Of a DNA stretch of 64,000 nt, positions 10,396 to 19,054 are shown piece by piece; the stretch's first letter is position 1; each line of letters starts with the position of its first letter. The position numbers and the translations under genes were made by a program. The stretch is from a virus (lineage: Duplodnaviria > Caudoviricetes): the IMG/VR virus record IMGVR_UViG_2770939586_000001; one strand, 5' to 3'. Under the pieces are notes generated by a model that was not told the DNA's origin, searched no databases, and saw nothing but the letters and a program-made list of their open reading frames with translations.

Positions 10396-10597
10396 GGCGT
10401 CACCCCCTTTCTATCGGGGATGAGCCAACCCACCTTAGGGAGCCGTATCTATTTGTACGAGGTTGATTCTACATATTTTACTTTTGACTATTACTAAATT
10501 CTTATAATAAACGTGAGAAGATGTTTATGTAGATTGTTCGCAATAACAGTTTTTGAGTGCGATTTTTTTGTAGATAATTCTACCAAAATTTAATAAA

Positions 10598-11185
10598 ATG
10601 AAAATTAGGAAAACAATAGATGTGGAGGATAATATATTAATGATAAAAAAACTCGAAATAAATATAAAATCAGAAGAGATTATATCATCAAGTGATTTGC
10701 AAGAGCGGTATGAGGAAATTAGCCAAGAGCTTAATGATACAACTATACGAAAGTATGTGGTATTTAAAGAAAATAAACCTGATGTCATTATTATTAATCC
10801 ACTACAATATGAGTTGTTTTTAAAACAATTAGATGAATACTCGATGTTAAGAAAAAGTCGTGATGAAAGTGTTGAGAAATTTTTAGTTGAATGTATAGAG
10901 AAAGTAGAGAAAAACACATTTTATTATTTTTGTGAACCATGTCATATACTCTTTTCTTCTGAAAAAAATATCATGAAGAAAGAAGAGGTTATTTGCCCAA
11001 CATGCTATAAAAGTCATCCTGATAGTAAATTTGGAATTTTAGATATAGACAGTTGTAGTAAAAACGCTGCAAAGATTCTTACACATAAGTTAACAAATTA
11101 TTATTCATTCTTAGTTGTTGATCAACTTGAAATAAAAATAGCAAACGACAAAAAGTCTCTTAAAATAGATGTTATACTGGATTAA
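10598..11185 (+). CDS. Phd/YefM-like N-terminal domain fused to a CxxC..CxxC zinc ribbon (start may be 10640)
   Basis: IISSSDLQERY...KYVVFKENKPDVIII...QYE, then CEPC...CPTC. AT-rich. Confidence 0.55.
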   Translation: MKIRKTIDVEDNILMIKKLEINIKSEEIISSSDLQERYEEISQELNDTTIRKYVVFKENKPDVIIINPLQYELFLKQLDEYSMLRKSRDESVEKFLVECIEKVEKNTFYYFCEPCHILFSSEKNIMKKEEVICPTCYKSHPDSKFGILDIDSCSKNAAKILTHKLTNYYSFLVVDQLEIKIANDKKSLKIDVILD

Positions 11186-11189
11186 GATC

Positions 11190-11218
11190 ACCGAGCTGGC
11201 TAGCTCGGTTTTTCTTTT
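11190..11218 (+). terminator. Rho-independent terminator
   Basis: ACCGAGCT-GGCT-AGCTCGGT followed by TTTTCTTTT. Confidence 0.85.
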
Positions 11219-11274
11219 GAATGCATTCAACACCTCTTTACTATGCATATTCTACTTATTGAGGTGATTTTTTT

Positions 11275-11883
11275 ATGTCGCAAATTAGACCGTTTGACAA
11301 CGCCAACGAATCGCATAAACGAAAACTTTTCTATGCAACAGGTGTCGCCGGAGCTGAGTGGAGTGAAGTACCAGCACGTATCATCGAGCCATACCAACCA
11401 CCGACACCTTCCCTGCGAGTCAAAGAGAATAAGATCATAAACGCTCCATCAGATTTAACCGGCAGTACTACAGCAAGCTATCGAACAAAGATGCGCCTGC
11501 TGTTTCAAACTCGGCAAGATTTGTCGTCATATCTCATTTATATAAACTTCCCACACAAATTTTACGATGAGCGGGGCGCAATCTATATCGGATCAGTCGA
11601 TGACCACGTCCCAAGTGTGTATGAAGCACTACAACGCTATATTGTGGAAATATCCATAATCATGACCCGTAAAGACCAGTATGACAAGAAATATGACAAT
11701 CCATTCATCGATACTGATCCGAACGCCTGGTATTACCAAGACATGCTAGAACTCATCGACATGGGCGTGATTGCCGGGAAAACAGATACAACGTTTCAAC
11801 CAAACGGTTACGTTACACGGGCCGAGTTTACAGCACTGCTTAACCGGATGCGGCGATTCGTTGAGCTGACGATTCGAACATAG
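11275..11883 (+). CDS. Distal-tail-position protein with a C-terminal SLH domain
   Basis: SLH motif FIDTDPNAWYY...GVIAG..TFQPNGYVTRAEFTALLNR. First tail gene after the TMP. No signal peptide. Confidence 0.75.
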   Translation: MSQIRPFDNANESHKRKLFYATGVAGAEWSEVPARIIEPYQPPTPSLRVKENKIINAPSDLTGSTTASYRTKMRLLFQTRQDLSSYLIYINFPHKFYDERGAIYIGSVDDHVPSVYEALQRYIVEISIIMTRKDQYDKKYDNPFIDTDPNAWYYQDMLELIDMGVIAGKTDTTFQPNGYVTRAEFTALLNRMRRFVELTIRT

Positions 11884-11894
11884 GAGATGAGAGT

Positions 11895-13253
11895 ATGACA
11901 GTACGTGGGTTTGTAGATGTAACACCCGACAAATGGTTCTACGATGATGTAATGGATTGTGCTAACTACATGTTAGAAGATGATTCACCGCTGGTAGTCG
12001 GGATTCCATATTGTTCATTTGAAGCAGGTAAGCCGAATTATATCAAGGAGTTTAAAGATAACGGACAGGTTATTTTCACGTTGGACGTAGCGCTAACGAT
12101 TACAGCGGATAATCCGTTATTGGTGTATATTGATGGCATACAAACGTTTTATCGGGAAGCGAAAGATGTAAACGGAAAAACAACCGTAACGATGTATGCT
12201 CCGGTTAATGGGCAGGTACTATTCAAATACATCGGTTCACCACGTATGCGCCGCATTGATGTCACGAACACATTAGACGGACACGGAAAGCCAGCAGGAG
12301 ATTGTTCACCTGGTCTGGAATATCCTCATTACCAGCTTCAATTTGGCAAGGAAGCTGATAAGTCAATCTATGAATATGTGTATAATCCTAACAGCCGTAC
12401 TTTCTTTGAAAATGTATCGTGCGCCGGAACGCAGTTAAAACGTGTTCATATCCCTAACGGTGAATGGTACATATCCGACCATAACGAGCTGCTGACAAAG
12501 TATATTGGTGACAAGCCGAATCTATACATTATCACACCGGGCGGTAATATCTACTGTTCATTCAACGTTGCGAATATCAAATGTAACATTCGGTATCAGA
12601 TGAAAGTGCGTGGTATCCTGATGAATACGGGCGGTGACTTTATTCCAGTATCACAGAAAGTGAAGTACCTTGATCGCTTTTTCCCGGACGGTCATCTGAC
12701 AAGAGCGGAAGCTTTTGCGATTGTAGACCGATTACGGCGCTCGTATTATCAACGTTTCACAGATTCGGAGCCGCCAAGTGCTGTCATTAACGATACGTTT
12801 GTCGCGGAATCTTGCCAGGACAGCTTTGTGACTTCATCCCGTTTTCGAGTAGGAGAGCAACTAGAAATAAAGGTGAATGGATTTTTGAAGCAAGTCGGTA
12901 TTGATTATGTGCATGCCAATGACCATACGATTCAATTCAAGTATAACGTGCCCGAAGGTTCAGTCGTAACAATCAAGCGAGTCAAGCAGGAGAGTATATT
13001 TTTCGACGGGAGATTGTTTGATCAGTATTTATCTGATGGGAGCAAGAATTCGAAAAACCTACTGAACACATGGTATCGCGACACCGTAATCAGTATGGAG
13101 AATGAACGGACAAGATCAGGAGATGCATTGGTTGTAGGGGTACCACATGAAGATGTGATTAAGTTTGATGGCGAAGAATATATGACGCGAGCGCAGGCTG
13201 TTGTATTGCTGAATCGTTTCAGAAAATGGGCGATTGAAACTTTCAAGGGGTGA
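11895..13253 (+). CDS. Tail protein with two SLH domains, the first split by a large insertion
   Basis: First SLH: FVDVTPDKWFYDDV ... FFPDGHLTRAEAFAIVDRL. Second SLH: TWYRDTV...VVG...FDGEEYMTRAQAVVLLNRF. Confidence 0.72.
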   Translation: MTVRGFVDVTPDKWFYDDVMDCANYMLEDDSPLVVGIPYCSFEAGKPNYIKEFKDNGQVIFTLDVALTITADNPLLVYIDGIQTFYREAKDVNGKTTVTMYAPVNGQVLFKYIGSPRMRRIDVTNTLDGHGKPAGDCSPGLEYPHYQLQFGKEADKSIYEYVYNPNSRTFFENVSCAGTQLKRVHIPNGEWYISDHNELLTKYIGDKPNLYIITPGGNIYCSFNVANIKCNIRYQMKVRGILMNTGGDFIPVSQKVKYLDRFFPDGHLTRAEAFAIVDRLRRSYYQRFTDSEPPSAVINDTFVAESCQDSFVTSSRFRVGEQLEIKVNGFLKQVGIDYVHANDHTIQFKYNVPEGSVVTIKRVKQESIFFDGRLFDQYLSDGSKNSKNLLNTWYRDTVISMENERTRSGDALVVGVPHEDVIKFDGEEYMTRAQAVVLLNRFRKWAIETFKG

Positions 13254-16200
13254 TATGTATGCAGCCGATTTCAGATGAGTTTAGAAAGCTTATTAAGAAT
13301 CATGTCAAAGTCGGACCGCATGAAATGCCTGTGTGTATAGTAGAAGTAGACCGAATGGTATTTGTACCGGGGCGTGTAGAGGAGATTCAGTATCTCGTTG
13401 GTGATCCAAACGTAAAGACGGTGCAGGATAGTAGTATCATAGGAGAAGGAGAAACGATTCCGACAGATGGAATTGTGTTTCCGGTGAAAGGAAAAACACT
13501 TGCGGATGTAGGATCGAAGTTCGGGATGCGATTACATCCGATTGACCATGTATGGAAAATGCATACAGGGGTAGATATTGGTGCTCCACAAGGTACACCA
13601 ATTCTAGCAGCGTGGGGTGGAACGGTCAAAAAAGCCGGATGGCAAAATGGCTATGGTAATACAGTAATAATCGATCATGGGCATGGATATTATACACGTT
13701 ATGGTCATATGTGTGATAACTGCATCAATGTAAAAGAGGGAACCATTGTGAAATCTGGGCAGGAAATTGGTGCGGTCGGGAGTACTGGAAAGTCGACGAA
13801 ACCGCATCTTCACTTTGAAGTACTGTATAAAGGAGTAGACCCAGCTACTAGCTATGCCCGTGACCCGTTGCCATACCTGCAAAAGAAGCAGACCGTTCCT
13901 GCACCCGTGCAGAACACAGGACCTGATGTTGTGACACAAACGCCTATTACGTTTAGTTTAGGGGCGATGGCTTTTTCAGCAACGTTTGATTTATCTAAAT
14001 GGGCGAGTATGCCGGAGTTGAAACTCCCTGGTAAAGAAGACTTTTATTTTAAGGGTTTAAATCCAAAAGTAACGGGTATTCCGGTTATTTACTTTGAATT
14101 TGATCCAGCAAAAATGCTGGAGGAGGGGCTAAGCACCGCAGTTGGTCGTCCGTTGATACTGAATCTTGATTTAGAGAAACGCGCACTACTTGATGTGTCA
14201 TTTCTCACAAATTTTGTTTCAGACTCAGGTGATTCTTTTTCTATCATGGTTAACGGAGTAACAAAAGCTGTTTTGAAAAAGTTTAAGCCGGGAGCGACCG
14301 TGGATCGGTTATCAGATATTTTATTGGAAGCGGGGAAGACAGAAATACAGTTCGTAGTATATTGGCATGGTCCTTCTCATCCACAAGACAAAGTTTTGAA
14401 ACGGTTCGGTTTCAAGTCGATTAATGTACGCTACGTGAATGAAATTGTTGGTCAGTCTCAATCTCAATCAGAATCAGACGATCCAACCTTGATTGCTCGT
14501 TCGTTAGCCAACGTATTTAACCCTACGCGGCGGGAGAAAATCTCGCTTCCGGTCGGTGATTTCGTGCCAGCAGAAACGATTCGATTGGATAATGTGAAAG
14601 AAGTAGAAATCGATGACAAATTCGAGATGGAAGCAGCAGAGGCGAGAATTATCATGTCGAATCCAAAAGGCTTTTATTCGTCTACGTATGATACAGGTTT
14701 ATTCCCAGAGCTTCGCTATGAAACACCATTTTCCTATACGGCTAATGGTGTTCACATGGGACTACTGTCTGAGAATACACCGATTCGTATTCATATGGGA
14801 TATGGTCGGCACACAATACGAGTGTTTACCGGGCTGATTGATAAAGTAGATAGTAATAGCGAGGAAGAAACGATTACCATAACATGCCGGAACATGTACA
14901 AGCGGTTGATCGAAAAGGTTGTTACAGAGGATTTGGAATATGGCTATTCAGCGAGCGATGCATCTGTTGCGAATGTAGCGGCAGCGTTGAATGATGGTAC
15001 GGATGTTGATAATTTATCGCGACTGAAAAAAATCATTTACTACGCTCAAAAGTGGGCTAAGCATTATGGTGTGGACCCGATTGTGATTCTGGCTGTTGCT
15101 CAAAAGGAAACAGAACTTGGTACAACAGGTGCAGGTCGGGAGGTTGGGGGAGATTACATCTGTGGATATGGAGTGCCGAGTAAAACAAAAAAACTTCCGC
15201 AATTCGCAGGAATCGAAGCTCAATGCAAAGCGGTTGCCGAACGTATGAAAAAGGTGTGCGGTACAGGAGAAGTTACTCGCGAGTACATCAGGAAACTTTG
15301 GATATCGTATGAAAATGGCGATCCTACATGGACACCAGATGTGTGGAGTATTTATCAAAAAATGAAGGGAGATGCTCAATTCACAGAAGCAGTGTTCAAG
15401 GCAGACTCCGCACCTGTCCCGAGTGGGAACACGTCTAATTTATCTGTTAATATCAAGCAGAATTTGTTACGTATGAATCCAAAATCTCGTTCAGGGAAAA
15501 AGTTAAAAGGAGTAAAAGGCATTGTTCTTCACTACACGGCAGGTCCTGGACAAAGCGCCGAGCAAATTCGTAACTACTTCAATAATATTTCAGACCGTTA
15601 CGCATCTGCTAATTATGTAGTAGATGATTCAACTATTGTACAATGCATCCCAGATGATGAGGAGGCTTATCATTGCGGTGCTGAACATTATCAACCAGGT
15701 GTGACGGATGCTTTGGGCAATCACCCGAATGAAACCACACTCGGTATCGAGATGTGTGTAGATAGCAACAATCAAATTACAGCAGCGACATATCAGAACG
15801 CAGTCAACTTGACAGCCTATTTGTGCAAAAAATACGGCCTAACAGCAGGACAACTATGGCGACATCATGATATTACGGGAAAAGATTGTCCGGCACCATG
15901 GGTAGACGATCCGTCGAAATGGGAGAAGTTTAAAAAAGATGTAGCCGCAAAACTGGATGGACAAGGTGTGACGACTGTTTCGGCACAGGAAGCAGCTGGG
16001 TTATCATCGTATTGGTTGAAGTCAGCTATTTTACAGGACTTGATTCGTGTCGGCGGCCTTGTTGGTTGGAGAAAGCAATATGAAGATCGAATATATCCTG
16101 ATTCTATCATCGAAGAAACATATTACATCGATGTGAAACCAGAAAAACGAATGGTGGTCAAGGCGAATCCGGCAGAGAATGGGGAATATACTTTCTCAGA

Positions 16201-16873
16201 AATTCCACTTACTACCATCAAGACGATAGATGGATGGAAGAACGGGCTATATCAGCTCCCAACTACATTTTCGGCGTTCAAATACAAGGTGAATGAATGT
16301 ATCCGTGAAATCACGAAGGACACAAACTATCGGACATGGTGTGACCGATATGGAACATTCCGAGCAGAGCCTGTTGAGTATGATTCTCCAGTGGTGGAAC
16401 GTTTTACAGACATGGAGAATCTATGTGCGGTCAGTTCTTCAATCGATTACTCACGGGCGAGGTCGCATGTGATTGTAGTAGATGGGACAGGTAAGGCGCG
16501 GCATTACATTGACCCAGAGATTCTGCTCGAGCTGAAAGGAGAGTTGCGCAGCGCAGTATTAGAAGTGTCGTGGGCTAAGACTGATGAACAAAAAGACGAA
16601 GATGCACGCCGTGTATTCTGGGATATGAAACGTATGTGCCGCACACTACAAGTCTCGATCCCAGCGCATCCTCATTTGGACGTACTCGATTGTATTCATA
16701 TATCTGATGTACGAACATGTACACGGGGTGACTTTACGATAAAGGGGATTCATACTACGTTTAAAGAAGGTGCGGAGTTTACGCAGACACTTGACCTTAC
16801 TTGGATGGAAACAAATGAGATGATAACAAAAAATAATGCGAGATTGATCGCGAGTGAAGCGAAGCAGGCGTAA
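13250..16873 (+). CDS. Baseplate hub/tail-associated lysin with M23 peptidase, lysozyme-like and Amidase_2 domains
   Basis: M23 motifs HTGVD...YGHM...STKPHLHFE. SLT-like AKHYGVDPIVILAVAQKET. Amidase GIVLHYT...SANYVVD...GIEMC...RHHDITGKDCP. Hub-like RVFTGLIDKV...ITITCR. Confidence 0.85.
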   Translation: MICMQPISDEFRKLIKNHVKVGPHEMPVCIVEVDRMVFVPGRVEEIQYLVGDPNVKTVQDSSIIGEGETIPTDGIVFPVKGKTLADVGSKFGMRLHPIDHVWKMHTGVDIGAPQGTPILAAWGGTVKKAGWQNGYGNTVIIDHGHGYYTRYGHMCDNCINVKEGTIVKSGQEIGAVGSTGKSTKPHLHFEVLYKGVDPATSYARDPLPYLQKKQTVPAPVQNTGPDVVTQTPITFSLGAMAFSATFDLSKWASMPELKLPGKEDFYFKGLNPKVTGIPVIYFEFDPAKMLEEGLSTAVGRPLILNLDLEKRALLDVSFLTNFVSDSGDSFSIMVNGVTKAVLKKFKPGATVDRLSDILLEAGKTEIQFVVYWHGPSHPQDKVLKRFGFKSINVRYVNEIVGQSQSQSESDDPTLIARSLANVFNPTRREKISLPVGDFVPAETIRLDNVKEVEIDDKFEMEAAEARIIMSNPKGFYSSTYDTGLFPELRYETPFSYTANGVHMGLLSENTPIRIHMGYGRHTIRVFTGLIDKVDSNSEEETITITCRNMYKRLIEKVVTEDLEYGYSASDASVANVAAALNDGTDVDNLSRLKKIIYYAQKWAKHYGVDPIVILAVAQKETELGTTGAGREVGGDYICGYGVPSKTKKLPQFAGIEAQCKAVAERMKKVCGTGEVTREYIRKLWISYENGDPTWTPDVWSIYQKMKGDAQFTEAVFKADSAPVPSGNTSNLSVNIKQNLLRMNPKSRSGKKLKGVKGIVLHYTAGPGQSAEQIRNYFNNISDRYASANYVVDDSTIVQCIPDDEEAYHCGAEHYQPGVTDALGNHPNETTLGIEMCVDSNNQITAATYQNAVNLTAYLCKKYGLTAGQLWRHHDITGKDCPAPWVDDPSKWEKFKKDVAAKLDGQGVTTVSAQEAAGLSSYWLKSAILQDLIRVGGLVGWRKQYEDRIYPDSIIEETYYIDVKPEKRMVVKANPAENGEYTFSEIPLTTIKTIDGWKNGLYQLPTTFSAFKYKVNECIREITKDTNYRTWCDRYGTFRAEPVEYDSPVVERFTDMENLCAVSSSIDYSRARSHVIVVDGTGKARHYIDPEILLELKGELRSAVLEVSWAKTDEQKDEDARRVFWDMKRMCRTLQVSIPAHPHLDVLDCIHISDVRTCTRGDFTIKGIHTTFKEGAEFTQTLDLTWMETNEMITKNNARLIASEAKQA

Positions 16874-16909
16874 CATAGCGTCTGCTTTTTTGTATATTCT
16901 ACTTTCGAG

Positions 16910-17365
16910 GTGGTATTTGTGGCCGGTATTGTGAATGACTATCTGATTTATCCTGTCCTTGATCTAATCAAAGCAGGGGTTAAAGATGCGATGTCCAACG
17001 TAAAAGATGCTGAAGATGGCATTGACTTTTTTAACGGTATCCCATCGGTTGAGTTAATTCGGGACCATCCAAATGATTCATCCAAGACGTTTCTTACACA
17101 AGTCATTCAGACGTATGAAAATGGATATGTGATGAGTGTGCGATTACTTTATGGAGACGACAGTTCACCGTATCACAAATGGCGATTAAGCGGAGTAATA
17201 TCGAGTCTGATGAATGAAGAGGGAGAATTAGTTCTTCAACATGAGCTTGTGTTGCTTTATGGAGAAAGAAACGAAGTGAAGTTTGCAGACGTTACGTGTT
17301 TGTATGGTCCTGATGACTGGGAAGATGAAGGAGAGGATATGATTGACGAAGAGACAGATTATTAA
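16910..17365 (+). CDS. Hypothetical tail-module protein
   Basis: ORF within the tail operon, RBS GAGGTG. Confidence 0.6.
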   Translation: MVFVAGIVNDYLIYPVLDLIKAGVKDAMSNVKDAEDGIDFFNGIPSVELIRDHPNDSSKTFLTQVIQTYENGYVMSVRLLYGDDSSPYHKWRLSGVISSLMNEEGELVLQHELVLLYGERNEVKFADVTCLYGPDDWEDEGEDMIDEETDY

Positions 17366-17756
17366 CGCGAATAGCCAATTTACGGTAGCTGAACTTAGTG
17401 GTGGTCGATTAAGCTGGCCGTTCTTTCCATCGAAAATAAAGCCGTTTGTAAAAGGTTTTTGCTTGGAAGTTCCGGGAATCAGCGGTGTACATCGCATGAC
17501 ATACTCGCCGCCGATGGATGCGGAGCTGTTAAGTGTCGCGGTAGGAGCGAGTAGGTATGACTCGAAAGACAACTGGAGTGTAGAGATTAACGGAGAGCGG
17601 TTTATTGAGAGTATATATACAAAGGACTTGCCAGAAGGAATGTATCTAATGGTTGTAAAACCAGTGTTGACCGGAGATGAAATGAAATTCGTGTTTGATA
17701 ATCAAAGCGGTGAGCCGAAAGAAGTCTGGTTCAATTACCAGTTTCTGATCGACTAG
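17343..17756 (+). CDS. Hypothetical tail-module protein
   Basis: RBS GGAGAGG, beta-rich ORF in the operon. Confidence 0.65.
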   Translation: MTKRQIINANSQFTVAELSGGRLSWPFFPSKIKPFVKGFCLEVPGISGVHRMTYSPPMDAELLSVAVGASRYDSKDNWSVEINGERFIESIYTKDLPEGMYLMVVKPVLTGDEMKFVFDNQSGEPKEVWFNYQFLID

Positions 17757-17764
17757 GTGATCAC

Positions 17765-19042
17765 ATGACGGTGAAATGGCTTGATTTTTATGTAAGAGAT
17801 GCTGATTTTGGACAAAGGCTTGCGGAAGAGTTGAAAAGTAAGGGTTGGCAGGTGTTTGAATTTTATCAGATCGTGTACGACTTCCCGATTGATGCACCGC
17901 CGGATGAAGCACTTGTACAGGTGGCGCGACACTATGTATTTCGGAACGCCGCAGGTGCTTATGTTGGAGTAGCTTATACAGGTAGCGTAACAGTAGGTGT
18001 TCCAGTAGATGATGAGGGGATAGTAGATTTACTACTTTTCGCAGAAGTATGTCGTGCTGCTGATACGAAAGAATTCGAATGGTATACGTATATGCTCGAT
18101 GACTTTGAATGGGCGGAGCAAGAAGCAACGTTTATCGAATCGGGTGACTTTCTACAACGTGTTCTTGATGTTTCCTCATCAGGGGGGATTCACCAATCCT
18201 ATATCGCACACATCGGATATAAGGACATTGATTCGATACCGGAAGTACAGTCGTATAATACTGCGTATAAAGTAAAAGATACAAAGACTAACTGGTGGCC
18301 AGATAGTGAGATTCACGTTATCGGCCATTGTACAGATTTACACTTTTTTATACTGCTGCAATATGATGTATCGCCAAAATGGACAGATATGCACTTTCCG
18401 TATGTACCACTTTTTTTCGGTAACTTTGTATTAGCCAGCAAGAAGAAATTACCGAAGGGGTGGAGAGGAAATGTGGCGCTGTTTACCGGATCATGTCGTG
18501 TTACCCCAAAAGATTCAATTGTTCCAGTGGATCAAATACTGTTATCAGATCGTGGTGATGGAATCACAAGTGTAATTGTCAAAGAAAGTATTGATGGCTA
18601 CTATTATAAAGCACATTACCTGGAATGGTTTCGTATACCTGAAATATCGCCTCCACATGATGAAATAACGTATAATGAATATAGGAAGGCGATTGATCAC
18701 GAATCGTATCCTTATCATTTTGAACCGAATCCATCAAAGTATGATGAGCATACGCAAACATCGCCGCTGTATATTTTTGATAAGGATAAAGGTGTATACG
18801 GGCACCCGCCAGATGTAGTAGTAGTGTCACCGATAACAGGGATGACGAATGGAAAGAAACTGCTTGCAGAACATCCGTGTCGAAAGGATAGTCCTGGTGT
18901 GTACCAGTATCAAGTTATCGATGCGCCACATACGCCGCTAGTAAGACCGTTGGATAATGGAGAGATGTATCCGCAGTACGTAGGGATTGGATTGTTGCGA
19001 AAGGGGACAACGTTCCATTCGCGTAGTGACATGACAATGTGA
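17765..19042 (+). CDS. Virion structural protein, paralog 1 of a local family
   Basis: Shares YK..DTKTNWW.DSEI...G...LQ.D..P.W and VPL.FG.F with the next gene. Confidence 0.7.
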   Translation: MTVKWLDFYVRDADFGQRLAEELKSKGWQVFEFYQIVYDFPIDAPPDEALVQVARHYVFRNAAGAYVGVAYTGSVTVGVPVDDEGIVDLLLFAEVCRAADTKEFEWYTYMLDDFEWAEQEATFIESGDFLQRVLDVSSSGGIHQSYIAHIGYKDIDSIPEVQSYNTAYKVKDTKTNWWPDSEIHVIGHCTDLHFFILLQYDVSPKWTDMHFPYVPLFFGNFVLASKKKLPKGWRGNVALFTGSCRVTPKDSIVPVDQILLSDRGDGITSVIVKESIDGYYYKAHYLEWFRIPEISPPHDEITYNEYRKAIDHESYPYHFEPNPSKYDEHTQTSPLYIFDKDKGVYGHPPDVVVVSPITGMTNGKKLLAEHPCRKDSPGVYQYQVIDAPHTPLVRPLDNGEMYPQYVGIGLLRKGTTFHSRSDMTM

Positions 19043-19054
19043 GGAGATGATAGG

